Notes under the pieces: model-generated
What the model was told of the DNA's origin: nothing
The model's database searches: none
Seen by the model: only the letters and a program-made list of their open reading frames with translations
In this document: piece after piece, positions 12,453-26,059 of the stretch
Layout of the letters: every line of letters begins with the position of its first letter
Numbering within the stretch: position 1 is the stretch's first letter
Assembly: GCF_000315625.1 (NCBI RefSeq)
Contig: NW_005434656.1
Span: 417,741-481,740, forward strand
Length of the DNA stretch: 64,000 nucleotides
Direction: 5' to 3'
Source: Guillardia theta CCMP2712
Lineage: Eukaryota > Protista > Cryptophyta
Program-made: the position numbers and the translations under genes

Positions 12453-15056
12453 TTCGCACTTGCACACGGGTGCAAGGTTAGCAAGGAACCCTTCAGAGTC
12501 GGGCGATCTTCATCAGCATGCTTGCTATGCTTCTGTTGTTGGCCTGCAGGGCATTGTGTTAGTCATGCAGGCATTCCACCACTTTCCCTCTTCAGCAACC
12601 ACTGCATGTCGTATTTTTGTCCAAACGAACAACACTGCACCCCCTTCCCTCCCTATCCTTCCACCCTGTGAGTTCTCCAGCCCTCAAGGTGCTCGCCAAG
12701 AGATCCTGTATCTTTCCTTTGAGTTGCTTGTCCCACTCCTTCCTGGAAGATCTTGTTTCTCCGGTCACATCGTTTGCCCCGCTTCCACCGTAAAATTCCA
12801 TCACCTCCTTCCCTGCAACCTGTATTCGCATGCTGCTTTCCTCTGCTTGGCCTTAGTCCACCTTCTACGCAGCTGTTCCTCTTCCTATTCCCACTCGCTC
12901 CCTACTCGCTCTCGCTCCCGCTCCTCATCCCCCTACTCCCATCTCGCGCTCCTTGCGCTCCCTGACCCCCCTTTTCATCCCCCTCCTGGAGACGCACAGC
13001 GACAATGGGGGCAAGGTACATACACGGAGAATGGGTAGGGGTGGTCCTATCGGGGGCTATATGTGGGGTGGGTAGACGTGATTTGTCCTCTAAAGGGGTG
13101 GGTGGAATGGATGGTTGGAATATGTTAGTACCAGGTGGGGTACTTTATGTGTAAAAAGAGGGGTGGATACAACTCACGATATCTACGACGGGCTCGTGGG
13201 GTATAGATGGTTATGTGAATGGTGGGGTCCAGGATACGGAATGGGTCGTGGGTGGGGTAGCTGTCATACAAGAGTGAAAGGGTGGTACTTGAGTGAAATT
13301 CACTAGGGGTAGTCAATTGAGACACCGGTCCTCTTTAGTTCTTTTTGGTGCCATAAGTAGGGGTATTTCATCTGACAACTACCGGTGTTGTCCCTTTGTC
13401 TGTACCCGATCGCCCTTACATCAACTACCCCTTGGTGCCCTATTGAATCACACCCCACCCCTTTAGAGTCTATTGTCACACTACCACTGAAAATCCATAA
13501 AAGGACCCCGTCCTAGTCCTTTCTATCATACCACCCGTAGTCTAATGGCTGACCCCCTGCACTTTGAGTTGGAACTTGTTCTTTCCGGATGATCGTAACC
13601 ACCCCACCCCTATAAAGAACCCCCGTTGGGTTTCAGCCCCCAAAATTGATTTACACCCCATCAAGCATATCACAGTACCCACCCTACATACCCACCGTAC
13701 CCCTCCACTGTGTGATGTGCGACCCGTAGTGTCGTATACCACCCTTCCGAGATAAGAGCATTTCCGAATTGAGACCGGGAGGCGTGGGGGTACAGGATAT
13801 TCCGAAACCTCGGCAGCCGGTCAGGGGGATGCTGGTGGCAACGTACCCCGAGTACCTCTGAGCCTGCCAGAGTACCACCCCATGACCCTCACTTCCATCC
13901 CACAAAGTACCCTTCCATATTTTACACCATCCACCGGTGGTATTGCACAGCCTGTGTCCCTTAGTACCCACCCTCCCAATGAAATTTTTACGACCACCAA
14001 CCCCACCCCACCATCATTGTGTAACCCTGAATCCAGTCAACCAGCACTAACCGACACCCCCATTTCACTATGATATAATACCTCAATGGGTGGGGTACTT
14101 CGCATCCCCTCGCCTCGCCCTCGGGGCCCGGGTATTCTGGAGGCCGTTATTTTTTAGAGCCCCTTCGCTCCCCCCCGCAAACCACCCCTGGGGGGTACCG
14201 TAGTTCGAAAGGTACAACCCACAATGATACAAAACACCCCTACATTGATAGGTTTTGGACCCACCCTTGTATGTGAAGTTTTGAAGTTGATGTGAAGGGT
14301 GCAGTAGCGATTGGATGTACCCCCACCCCCTTTCTACCCCCGTTCTCCTCGCCCCCCGATGTATCCGGTCGCTATAAATGTGATTCTAAAAAGCTGCCGT
14401 AATAAATCGGACAATAAAAGTATTATTCATAGGTGAAAAATCATATTTTCATGAAATTAGTAGCTAAACTAGGAGCGATTCGATCTGGATAGATGACAAA
14501 ACAATACTTTTAAACGCTCTTGAGGCCGCTAGTTTGTTTTAGAGGACGTGTACAATACAGTTTTAATTCGCTGCGGGTTTCTCCGCAGCGGACACACAGC
14601 CCGGCCCGGCCCGGCCCGGCCCGGCAGCTCTCGGACTACAAAGGGCAGGCCCGGTACCCGGTTCACTGAAAGTTGACATCGGATGAGCTGAGTAGATCCG
14701 ATCCCGATCCCGTCATGCTGCGCTCACAGCAGCGTTTGGCGGGCGAGATGTGCACAGACTCAGAGCATTTGCAGGGAAGAAGGAACGAGAAGACATGTAG
14801 CTGATGGAGAGAAGAAGGGAAGTAGCTGATGCATAGAATGTGAACAAGACGTGTCTAGAACATTGTAGTTTGAAAACCAATTCGTGCAAGGCAAGCTCGT
14901 GGACGCAGCACATGAATGCCTCTAGCTGGCAGAACATCAAGTTCCACGATTGAGTTTCTGCACAAGGATGACATGAACGCCATCGTCTGGCTCGCATGCT
15001 CCGACTCGCTGAGTTTTCTTACACGTCCTGCAGATCCAAGCATCCCTGTTGAAGGT

Positions 15057-16570
15057 ATGAGCACCCAGCTCTCGGCTCCGTTGACAGGCTCAGCCGAAGG
15101 GAGGAGGAGAGCTGTGCTGCTCCTCTCGCAGCAGTATGAGATCGTGTCTAGAAAGTTGCCTCGGAACGGAGAGCGAGCAGGATACGTCGGGAGGCTCCTG
15201 GAGAGTGCAGGCGCGATGGGGCTCATGGACGTCGAGGAGGTGGTGGCGGCGCGTCCGGAGCAGCTGCAGACGTTTCATTCGCGATCCTTTGTGGCAGCCT
15301 TGAGGAACTCTTCGAAGCTCAAGGAGGAGGAGAGGCTCCGGTTCGGTCTGACCGATGACTGCAGCGTGTTTGACGACCTTCTTGATCTGGTTCTCCTCGA
15401 GACAGGAGGGTCGTTGAAAGCAGCAGATTTGCTCGCGCAGGGCGAGTACCAGGTGGCGATCTGGTGGGGAGGAGGGAGGCACCATGCCAAAGGAAGTGTA
15501 GCAGCGGGGTACTGCTACGTGAGCACGGGTGTGGGTCTGAGAAGCGACTAACATGCCTGAGCAGGCGAACGACGCTGTCCTCGCCATCTTCCAGCTGCTG
15601 GAAACGTTCGAGCGCATCATGTACATCGACATTGACGTGCATCACGGGGATGGGGTCGAGGAAGCATTCTCAAGTTCCGACAAGGTCCTCACCATCTCCT
15701 TCCATCACTTCGCTCCTCTCTTCTTCCCCGGCTCTGGGGCCTTGATGGAGCAGAGCGGGCATCAAGGCAAGCGCTGCGTCATCAACGTGCCCCTCAAGGA
15801 AGGGTGCGACGACGAAACTTTCACTCGCATGTTCGAGTTTGTGATCAGCAGGGCGTCGGAGAGGTTCAGGCCGAGCATGGTGGTCATGCAGTGTGGTGCG
15901 GACTCGCTTCATGGTGACCCTCTTGGCGAGTTCAATCTCTCCTCCTCGGGGTATGTCCGATGCCTGGAGTTGGTCCAGCAGCTCAAGGTCAGTCCCAAGG
16001 CAACGCACTGCTCTTTTTTTCAGCCTCGTTTCTTCCCACAGCAGCATCCTGACTCCTGCTCCTGCTCGATCCCCTGCTCCTTACCCCTGAAACTCACTCC
16101 ACGGACTTCTCAGGTTGCCGCTTACTTTCATGTAGATCCCGATGCTCGTGCTGGGAGGAGGAGGCTACAATGCCGTCAACGTCGCCAAGCTCTGGACCAT
16201 CTTGACCTTCAAGTGCGGAGGACATGAGGCCCCAGCTGAGATCCCTGGCACTTGCCCCGACTACGAAGACTACGCGCCAGACTTCCTGCTAGAGGTGAGG
16301 CCGGGCTACCGCAAGAACTGCAACGACGAAGCCTATGTGGACATGCTGAAGAAGGTGATCGAGAGCAGCCTGAGACTTTGCGGGGAGGAGGGAGCAAGAA
16401 GCCCTCAAGTTCAATCGATAGCTGAAGGGAAGGAGGATACAGAGAGCACACAAGAACAGGAGGAGGGAGACATCAACAAGGTGTTCGTCACCGAGGCCGC
16501 AGGAGGTAGAGAGGAAGACGAGGGACCACAAGAGAGCAGTAGTCAGGAGGAGCAGTCTCAGACATCGTGA
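15057..16570 (+). CDS. Class I histone deacetylase (HDAC8/RPD3-like); exons 15057-15518, 15565-15987, 16136-16570
   Basis: FGLTDDC, GGRHHAK, GYCY/ANDAV, YIDIDVHHGDGVE, QCGADSLHGD, LGGGGY: the HH dyad, Zn ligands and catalytic Tyr are all present; acidic tail. Confidence 0.93.
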
Positions 16571-16634
16571 GGGAGTGGAAAAGGGGGGGAGGGGGGGGGG
16601 GGGGCGGGGAGCATCGCAAGAATCATGAGGGCTA

Positions 16635-19091
16635 TCAAGCATGAAGCTGAGTGACGTGGACGGGAGAAATCCATTTGTCTACTCTTCCAGCTGCTTCGTC
16701 CTCGGAGAGTTTGGGGAAGGAAGGTTGCACTTTGAAGCTCCAGACGTCGTCCTGGAAGGTGCAAGAGGAGGTGAGACAGCAGGCAGCGGGAAAGGCGCGC
16801 ATGAGGGTACAGGGACCGGCAAGGCGAGCGCAGCAGCGAATGGCAAGGGATGGAGGAGGAGAGAGAAAAGATGACTGGAAGAGGCAACTCACATCTTGTA
16901 GCTTCGGAGCAGGTTGGTTGGGCTCATCTGCTATCATAAATACGAACTCCTGGGGAAAAAAAGGCGAAAGACAGGATCAGGAGCGAGGGGCAAGCGGGAG
17001 CACGTCCACCTCCTCCTCTTGCAAGTTCGGGTTGGCAACAGCGACAGCATGACGGACTGGAGCGCAAGGGACTTCTTGTGCGACAAGAGTTTTCGGGGGA
17101 GCCCACCCGTCAGGTCGGAATGCGAGGTAGTCGGAATACTGTCAGAAGCACCGTCAAGAAAGTCGAATCAGCTGAGAGGATGGAGGGCGTTTGCCTTACC
17201 TGGGATTCTTGAATGTCATCCAGGAGGGAGGAGGACTGGAGCCTTGTCCCGTTGCCTGCTCGCTGCTGTTGCTGGTCAAGGGGGCGGGAGGAACAAAACT
17301 GCTCAGGGCTCCCTCACCATCATCCTTCCTCGTTGGATCCGCTGGGCTGGGGAGGGAGACATCTGCGCCCTTGTCAAGTTTGAAATCCTCCCGTCCCCAG
17401 CTCACCTGTCGGTAGAGCTCTCGCGCGTCTTCCTCCGGGACTGCGCTTGCAACTTTTCGGGTTCCTCGCGGGGTGTCCTGCGATTGTTGGTCACGGTCCT
17501 CGTCAGCCATTGACTTTCTCCTCGGCACCTGCTGGATGATGATGTCGGCGGAAACTATGGCAGCACTCTGGAGCAAAAGTGAGGAGGTGAGGAGAGCTGC
17601 ATGTCCACCTCAACCATTCTGTGCATGATGTCTTTGATGGACTCTTGCTGGCCCATACCCGCGCTGCGAAACAAGCATGAGGGGTCAAGGCGAGCTGCTG
17701 CGAGGAGGTTGCAGCTGACGTCACCTCTCGTCACTCGACGGCTCCCTCCTCTCCTCCTCGGACACCTTGCTGAAAACCTTCGTCCTCGACTTCCTCGGCG
17801 TCGGAGTCTCAACGCGCGGGCTGGCGAGCTCAGCTGTGAGATGCATGTCATGACGGCGAGACAACAACGTCTGGAAGGCAACCAGCAAGCTCGAAGAGAC
17901 CAGCTCGTTCCTGAGAGATGCACGCGTAAGAGCGTCGCACTCTGATATGTCCAACTTTGGAGAGGTTCGGAGTTGAGCACGGAAAGGGGGGTGGAGGGAA
18001 AAGGAGACATGTCCGACCTGACTGAAGGAGCAGTCTTGAGATCTTGTACATCATACACAACACTGCAAGAAGGCTTCAACATGGTGAATGGATGGGATGA
18101 AAATCTTGACTGAGGCCACCAACTAATTATTGTTCACCTCGATGGGCGAGATTTGGGGGTGGAATTCGGCAGAGACTTTCGGAGCTGCGGCCATGGCTCC
18201 TTGACGGAGGGGGAGGAGGCGGTGCGAGGTATCTCCGGGTTCCGTGCGAGCGTAGTTGCCTCCTGATGCTCCTGCGAAGCTTGAGGATCGCCGTCTTGAG
18301 GATGACAGTATTGAGGATCGCCGTCGATCCTCAAAGATTGATGGTGATCCTCAATGGTTTGTGCTATCATCCAGTGGCTTGAAAGAAAGAAAATCTCAGA
18401 AGATGCCAAAGCAGGGCGATGACAGAGAAGAGTAGAGGGGGACAGAGAAGTGGGAGAGTGTAGAAATCTCGAAGAAAGTTGAGAGGAATGGAATGAAGGA
18501 TTGTTACCCTAACGCTCCAACCGAAGTCCATTGAGGTTCCTCCATATCGTATCTTTCGTTACAAGGTGAGGACCTCGCAGTTTGCAGCAAGGAAACTTAC
18601 TGGAAGATCGAGAGCTTGTCCTCGTCATATGCCTGATTCACCCTCTCCATGTCTGGGATGCCTCCACTCGCATGCCTTTCCTGCATGCAAACAGTCTGCT
18701 AACCACACGGCTCAACAAAGCCTTCCTCCTTCACCTCGGGTTGGTAAATCAAACCGCGTTGATTCGGAACGTCTCCAGCTTCTTCTGTTTCTTGCTCATG
18801 CCCATCAAACGACTCATAAAAACTCGCATAGCTCGTCCCGTAGTCGAAGTTGTCCCCTCCTTGCGTGCTGCCTCCCACCATATCTTCTGCCCTGAGTGGA
18901 ACAAATCTTGGAACACTCCCAAACGTCTCGTGCTGCTTCCCTGATTCATCGCTGAAGAGACCTTGGTGCATGACGTGACCGTGGCTATTGTGTTCATCGG
19001 CTTCAATGAAATCCTGCTGCAACTGATCAACGCTTGGCGTCTCCCCAGCCTTGTCACGGAAGGGCATGCAAAAGTCTTCGAGGAAGAACAT
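16635..19091 (-). CDS. Hypothetical multi-exon low-complexity protein
   Basis: Chain of minus-strand ORF pieces joined by GT-AG introns, ending ...ISPVHVTQLHA* at 16635; no domain recognised. Confidence 0.5.
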
Positions 19092-20874
19092 GGCTACCCA
19101 GAAGCTGAGTTATGGCTGAAAGGCACCTATGAACAATTGACGCCCCAGGAGGTACACGGGAAACCTATCATGTTTACAGGGCCCCGTCCCGGCTGCGCCG
19201 ATTTGAACCCCCTGAAGAACAGTTAGCTGCGAGAGAAGCAAGGTTCGAGTGAATCAGCTATGTGGTGCTGTGTCTCCAGAGAGTCTCGCGTATACGCCAT
19301 GGGTGCCCTATCGAATGATGAAAGCAGGATACTCTAAATTGTTTCTTCCTCAACAACTTCCTTAGGCTACGATATTTATGTTCATCATCCAATTGACCTC
19401 GCCTGTCTGTCTACCTCTCTGTTGCGACAGCTGCATCGTCTTCGAGCGGCACCCTGAACTGAATGCACTCAATTCAACATCCTCTCATCTTTTCTTTCTC
19501 GCGTCCTTCTCCTCCCTTCTTCCTTCCCTCTTCCGCCTGATCGCCCCGCCCGCCATTTCCTCGCCGCATCCGTCGCTTCCTTTCAAGTACAGCACCTTAG
19601 TTGCCACCCCACCCCCCGCATTCTCTCATTGACACTTTTTGACCCCTACCTCCTCATCCCCATGCTCTCAATTAGCCATCACCCCCCTATTTCAAATTCC
19701 GACCCCCACCCCACCCACACTTTTACCTTACGTTCAATTCGTCCCTAAAAGTTTTTTGAGACCTACGGTTATGACCCGGACCCCCACCTCACCCACCACT
19801 CGATACCACCCCTACTATGTCTTTTTCCCGAAACCACCCCCCCCATTTCCCTGATCAATGACCCTCTCGGGGGTCGAACATATTTTAACTTGAACTCCGA
19901 CTGTGAGTGATCGTCGGATCACTGATGGCACTTCATTACTGCGGCCCGATGATCGGACTGCGGGCCCGCCGCCGCCCGCGGCCCGGCCGCGGCGCTGCTG
20001 TACGCCGCCGTTCCGAAGTTCCGGCCGCGGCGTCTTTACTCAAAGTTAAGGCGGCAAGTTAAACTTTGGCGTCACGCGGGCCGGGCCCTCCGACCCGGGC
20101 CCGGCGGCCCGGTGCAGCGGGCCCGTGTGTCGCCGCGGCTATTATAGTATCGCCAGTGTCTTTTCTCTTCTCGCCGTTTCAAGTTTGGCCTGTGCGACCT
20201 TGCCAAGTTGAGTGTCAGTCACTGGCCAGGGTCAAGCCTCAGGGCCTCGACTCTCTGGCATCGGATTGTCCTGACGAGGCACGAGTCGTCCTGATTTTTA
20301 ACTTCACTTTGAGTAAAGTAAGTTTATTCAAACCGGTCCGATGGCAGGCAACAGTGAATCACTTGGCCGGCGGCGGGCGCCCCGGCCCCAGGGCCGGCCC
20401 GGGCCGCCGTTCACGGTTCAAACGTGAACGGTTTGTGGGAAGTTTCAGGCAGGAACTCCAGCGGCCATCATCGGAACACCACCCTACCCTACTGTGATTC
20501 AGTACCCACCAATTCAATAGTATAACCCCTCGTTTAGACCGATAGTTGATGACAAAAATAAGGGTACTGGGTAGTACCCGTCCATTGAGATTGAAGGTGG
20601 ACCACCCCAATTACTACCTCGGATCCCCTTTCTTAGATCGCAAACCCGAATCCTGGTTGCTCGTCCTCGTCCTCTCCTCGCCCCTCCCACGCACAGACAC
20701 CTTCTCCTCCTCGTTTTTCTTCTCCTCAATCTCATCTTTGTTCTTCTCATCCTCGGCGTCCTCCTCGTCACTCCCTGGAGGCTCCCTTTGCTGATTCTCG
20801 ACAAATCCACTTGACTTCACTGCGATAAATATACTCCCAGCCTCACTTTGTTACTGCTAAGACAAGCAAAGAAG

Positions 20875-22062
20875 ATGCCTGTGTCAACGATTTCGCACAG
20901 ACTTGAGCTGTCAATCCTATGCTGTTGTCTTGTCCTGGTTCACTTTGTGATGGACACGGACGTCATGAGTGCTTCATTGTACAAGGTCGTGATCGTAAGT
21001 GTCACCAAGGTCTTGGGCGCTGAGCAAGGAATCAGACTCGCGATATTCACCATGAAAAACCTGGACAACAATGTAGAGATGCAGAAGATGGGACTTTCAT
21101 ACCTTGATCCTTTTTGCCAAGATCCTGTTTATCAACCCAAAGTTGCAGAATACGGAGGGATACCTGTGGTGGTACATACGATGGAGTTGCACAAGGAGAA
21201 TGCGGATATACAAGAAAGCGGATGCCAAACGCTTCAGGGTTTGTCTGCACATCATGACAACCAGGTCAAGATCGCCGAGCTAGGAGGAATCCGTTTGGTT
21301 GTCGGTGCGATGGAGAAGTATGAGGACAACCGCAGAATACAAGCGTATGCATGTTTGACGATATCATGCCTGGCTACCAACACAGACAACCAGGTCAAGA
21401 TCGCCGAGCTCGGAGGGATCCGGTTGGTGATGAAAGCGATGAGAAAGCATGAAATGGACGAAGGCGTACAGGAGCAAGGATGCCGCGCACTCGAAGCCTT
21501 AGGAAAGAACCCGGACAACCAAGTCAAGATCGCCGAGCTCGGAGGGATCCGGTTGGTGATGAAAGCGATGAACAGACACGAAGCCAACGAAGGCATACAA
21601 GATGCAGGTTGTGAAGCATTGGAGAGTTTGGCCAACAATGCACAGAACTTGTTCAAGATGTCTGACTTCATGAAGGTTGCTTGCAATTTTTGCAAGTGCA
21701 TGCAGAGGAAGGAAGAGAAGAAAAAGAAGGAGGAAGAGCAACGGCGGAAGGAAAAGGAAGAGAAGAGAAAGCAGGAGCGAGCGAGAAACGAGCAGGAGAA
21801 ACGGGAGCGGGAGGAGAGGTGGAAGCGAAGGGAAGAGCAGAAGAGGAACTCTTGGGGAGGCGGCTTCGGGTCCAACGACCCTTACAAGATTCTAGGAGTC
21901 AGACGAGGAACTTCCAAGGCCGAGTGCAAGAGGCAATATCGAAGGCTGGCCCAGCAATACCACCCGGACAAGTGCCTGCACTGCAGCCCCGAGAAACTGG
22001 AGGAAATGGCAGAGACTTTCATTAGGATCCAAGCAGCCTGGGAGCAGATATCTAAAGAGTAG
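20875..22062 (+). CDS. Intronless armadillo-repeat protein with N-terminal hydrophobic segment, charged coiled coil and C-terminal DnaJ domain
   Basis: Four ARM-like repeats (DNQVKIAELGGIRLV..AM..H...EG.QE.GC.AL..L); J domain DPYKILGV...YRRLAQQYHPDK...FIRIQAAWEQI. Confidence 0.88.
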   Translation: MPVSTISHRLELSILCCCLVLVHFVMDTDVMSASLYKVVIVSVTKVLGAEQGIRLAIFTMKNLDNNVEMQKMGLSYLDPFCQDPVYQPKVAEYGGIPVVVHTMELHKENADIQESGCQTLQGLSAHHDNQVKIAELGGIRLVVGAMEKYEDNRRIQAYACLTISCLATNTDNQVKIAELGGIRLVMKAMRKHEMDEGVQEQGCRALEALGKNPDNQVKIAELGGIRLVMKAMNRHEANEGIQDAGCEALESLANNAQNLFKMSDFMKVACNFCKCMQRKEEKKKKEEEQRRKEKEEKRKQERARNEQEKREREERWKRREEQKRNSWGGGFGSNDPYKILGVRRGTSKAECKRQYRRLAQQYHPDKCLHCSPEKLEEMAETFIRIQAAWEQISKE

Positions 22063-22499
22063 AGCCTGTCACGATGAGATTTTCAGTAGAACTTGATTTC
22101 AGTAGTGAAGTTGCACACCTACCGTGGTATGGCCGAACTTCTGCCGCATCATTCTCACATGACAGACAAGTTCTGTGCCCCCTGGGGGCGCGCCACTTGC
22201 CACCAGCCGGGACTGGCACCGTGAGCCTCGAGTCACAGCCTCCGGGCCAGGCCGCGCTCGGTCCGGGACGGCCGCTGCCGGGTCGAGCCCTCCCTACGAA
22301 GAAGTGAAATTTCCATACAATTTAAAAATTACTTGTAAAGTTTTATTGTAGACAATGACTATATATTGATTTAAATGACTACTACTATCGTAAAACAGTA
22401 TAAATAACTAAAGTTTTCTAGGTACGCTGTTTTAAAATCACGCTATTTTAGACGCTCACATGGCTGCCCCGCCAGGCTTCAAATGAAGGCTAGCAGACC

Positions 22500-25400
22500 A
22501 TGAAGCGACGAAGAGAGGAGGAGGGGGAGGAAGAGGAGGAGCAGGAGGAAGTGGTGGAGGTAGAAGGAGAAGATGAGATGCAAGACAGCTTCATCGACCC
22601 TCAGGAGGAGGAGGATGACCTCGCTCATCAGCATCACCTGCTGTCCGCGGTTGTTCCAGGGGGTGACGGTAGGGGTGACGGTAGTGAACAAGACGAGTTG
22701 GACGACAACGAAGCAGGATCTTCAGACCTCCTGCATGATGTGCAACATGAACATGAGCTGCATGATGGGTGGGAGGATGCAGAACATGTTGATCTCGAGA
22801 AAGAGTTGAACGATGGCTCTGACGAGGAAATCGAAGACGTCCGGCAAGGAAAGCAAGTGGGTGGGGATCAAGAGCCGGCAGATGAATGCGAGGACCCAGG
22901 TCATGCTGCTGTGTACGAGGCCCAGTCGCCTACCACACAACATCACGTTAGTTTCGATGTCGACGATTCTGTTGTTTCCAACGCCTGCTCGTCGTCGCAT
23001 GTGCGGATGTTGGAAGAGTCCATCGTGGTTGAGGTGGGGAACCGAAACAGGTACAAGCTGCAGCTAGAAGCCGAGATGGAGAAGAATGCCAAGGCATCAG
23101 CAAGGATCGCATCCTTGCAGACTGAGAACGAGCACCTGAATGTCAGGTGCTCTGAGTACCAGAGGAGCAGCAGCTCCAAGGACCTGCTGCTGAAGAGCCT
23201 TGAGGCAGAGATCTCAGAGCTGAGGAGGCAGCTCTTGGACAAGTCGAGTGAAGCTGAAGCTCAGCACAAGGAGCATATTAGCAAGATGCAGTCAGAGCTA
23301 TTCGACAAGTCCAAGGAGGTCATGACCTTGCAGAAGGAGCTGGAGCTGTCTCGCATGTCCGAGAGTGATCTGAAGCAGACCGTCACTCGGCTGGAGGAAC
23401 GGATCAGCAACCTGACACAGAGCCTGCAGCAGCCAGCGGAGCATGGTCTAGTGGCCCCGGAGAGTGAAGAGTCTTTGAGAAGCCAAGTCAAGGAGGGAGA
23501 GATACTGGCCAAGCACCTCCGACTGCAGGTGTCTCAGCTGAAGGCCGACGCTGCCAAGGCTGTGGAGTTCCAGAAGGAGCTGATAAGGTGAAGGAGGAGG
23601 AAGGCGTGCAGCTGTGTTTGACCTTCCTGTCTTAGTCTGCGGTCGATCAAGTTCGAGGCCGAGGAGGCGAACTCCAGATGCGCCCTGCTGGAAGCTAAAC
23701 TCAAGGACTCGACTGCCAACGAGTCGCAGCTGATGGTGGAGAAGGAAAGGCTGCAGGATTGGGAGGTCTCATTGACTGGTCGCCTGCTCGGGCTGACAGA
23801 CGTGCAGGTATCGCTCAAGTTGTGCATGCCAGACTGCCGATCCCCTTCCGACGTGGTGAACTGCTTCCGCAACCTGCAGCAGCGGAACCTGCTCTTGGAG
23901 GCAGACGTGGCTTCTCTGCGGGAAAAGTGCAGCAGGTGTGAAGGAGCATGTGAGAGGAGCAGGGGCTGACTGCGTCACAAGCCTTGAGGGAAGCGCCAAG
24001 ACTCTCCGGGACAACAATGTGCAGCTCCAAGGAGAGGTGCAGACGTTGAAGGGAAGGGCGGAACAGCTGGAGACTGAGCTCCATATGGCCAAGGCTGCTG
24101 TATGCTCCCCTCGGGCTTCTCCTGTGGCTGCTAACTCGCTGGATGTCCTGCAGAGGGAGCGAGAGGTCTACTTGGCTTCGATGGACCGCGAGATGCTGGC
24201 ATCGTTCAAGGCGGAGGAGGTGCTCCTTCGAGACCAGAAGGTGTTGGAGCAGCAGAAGACGATCGAGAAGCTGCAAGCTGATGTGAGCGGGACGGCAATG
24301 CTGATGTGGTCCTCTCACCTCGCCCCGCAGATCAAGGCGCACAAGGAGCAGCTCAGGTCGAACGCCTCGCAGCACTCAGCCAGGACGAGCAAGCTGGAGG
24401 CGGAGATCGGAAGCCTCAAAGACGAGCTCAACAACAACTCGGGGGAGCTGAAGCGATGCAGGAACGAGATGGAGAGGTACAAGAGCAACCTCGAGAAATA
24501 CCAGACCAGCCTCGAGAAGTCCGAGGCCCTGCTAGAGTCCAGCAAGGCAGAGCTGGAGCAGCTGAAGAAGGAGAGCGCGGGCGTGAAGGAGGAGGCAAGC
24601 GTCTCTTCCCTCATGCCGCCGTCAGATCTGACCTTCTCCTCCCGTAGCTCCGCGTGGAGAAAGAGAAAGTAGCCAAGTCAGCTGCTCTCCAAGGTAAGGT
24701 CGATGAACTAGAGGGCAAGCACAAGGAGGCGGAGGAGAAGCTGAAGGCCTCGCTGCAGAAGTCGACCACAGGTGCTGCTGTCCACCCATCATGTCCCACC
24801 GCACCGCACGTGTGCGCTGACATCTCCTCCTTTCCTCCTCCAGATATCGACAACTTGAAGAAGAACTTTGCGAAGCTCCGCGCCAAGTTCGAGCAGGCGC
24901 AGGTGGACTAGGCTGCTGATGGTGGTATCGGGAGGCTGACGAGGAGGCTGCCAGGAGGTCGTCCGGCTGGTCCCGCTGCTGTTCGGCTACGTCATCACGG
25001 TCACTCAAGGGAAGAAGGTGGAAGGAAAAGACTACCAGGCGATCATCAAGGTTGTTTGCTGCCCACCTTCATTCTCATCTCTCACTCGCGTTCCTCTGCT
25101 CTCTCCACTCCTCCTCTCCCTCTCCTCCTTTCTCTTCTCCTCTGCCTCCCCTCCTTTCTCTTCCCCTCTCTTCTCTCTTCTCTTCCACTTCCAACTGATC
25201 TCATTCACCTCTCCATATCTTCGTACTTTCCTCCTCTGATCTCCTACCAGGCCATCCCCAAGTTTGCGGAGCAGGACAAGTCTGAATCCTTCGTGCTGAG
25301 AGCGTCAATGCCGGCAGACTCCAGCAAGGACCCAACTCTCTTCCTGCAGAACGCCTGCGAGGTGATCCCTGCTGTTCCTCTTGCCCTCCTCCTCCTCATA

Positions 25401-25831
25401 TCGGGCAGTCGGAGAACGTCAAGAAACACAAGGAAAAGTTCCTAAGCGAGCCCTCCAGTCCCTTGAAAGAAGGTTCTTCCCATCCCCTACCTCCCCCCTC
25501 GCCTCTCCTTCCCCCCCCCTCCTTCCTTCCTATGCCTTCTGCTCCCCCTTCTATCAACATTTCCTATCCTCCCCCCTTCGCACATCTTTACTTCCCTCCT
25601 CCTCCTGCTCTCGTTGACCATCGCTCCCCAGCCGGGGTCTCTGCGTTCCTGTCTGCCATCTTGGTCGATCGCTTCGAGAACTTGCAAAAGGTTTTGATTC
25701 CTTCTCATCCTTCCCCTCCGTCAGCCTCTCCCCCCGTCCTCTCCTTCTCATCGTCTCTGTTGCTTCTAACCGCCAAGTTGTAGGAGCACGCGAGCAAACC
25801 CAAAGCTGGGGAAGCTGCCGGACAAAGTTGA
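22500..25831 (+). CDS. MAD1: Mitotic spindle checkpoint protein MAD1-like, multi-exon
   Basis: Long coiled coil; EKERLQDWE...SPSDVVNCFRNLQQRNLLL and C-terminal LRAKF...LLFGYVITV...KFAEQDKSESFVL...VSAFLSAILVDRF resemble MAD1 central and C-terminal motifs. Confidence 0.72.
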
Positions 25832-26059
25832 AGTCAGTGCTTGTTTCAAGGCTTTCCGAAGTTCTGTTGGCAATAAACACTGAGCACAACAACTGACTCA
25901 GTCGACCATCTCACCTCAGCCTAACTCCGGGTATCATGGCATAATGGCCTGGCCCAGTAGTATGCCCGCCCCCCCCCGCCGCCGGCATGCAGTGCCGTAC
26001 GGTCACTGTCAGTCAACATAATTTGTACCCTCCGCAGGGGGGAATTGAAATAGGCTATT

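Noticed and set aside
11863-13038. 391-aa plus-strand ORF
   Set aside because: Antisense shadow of the zf-4CXXC gene and its upstream region; no domain features
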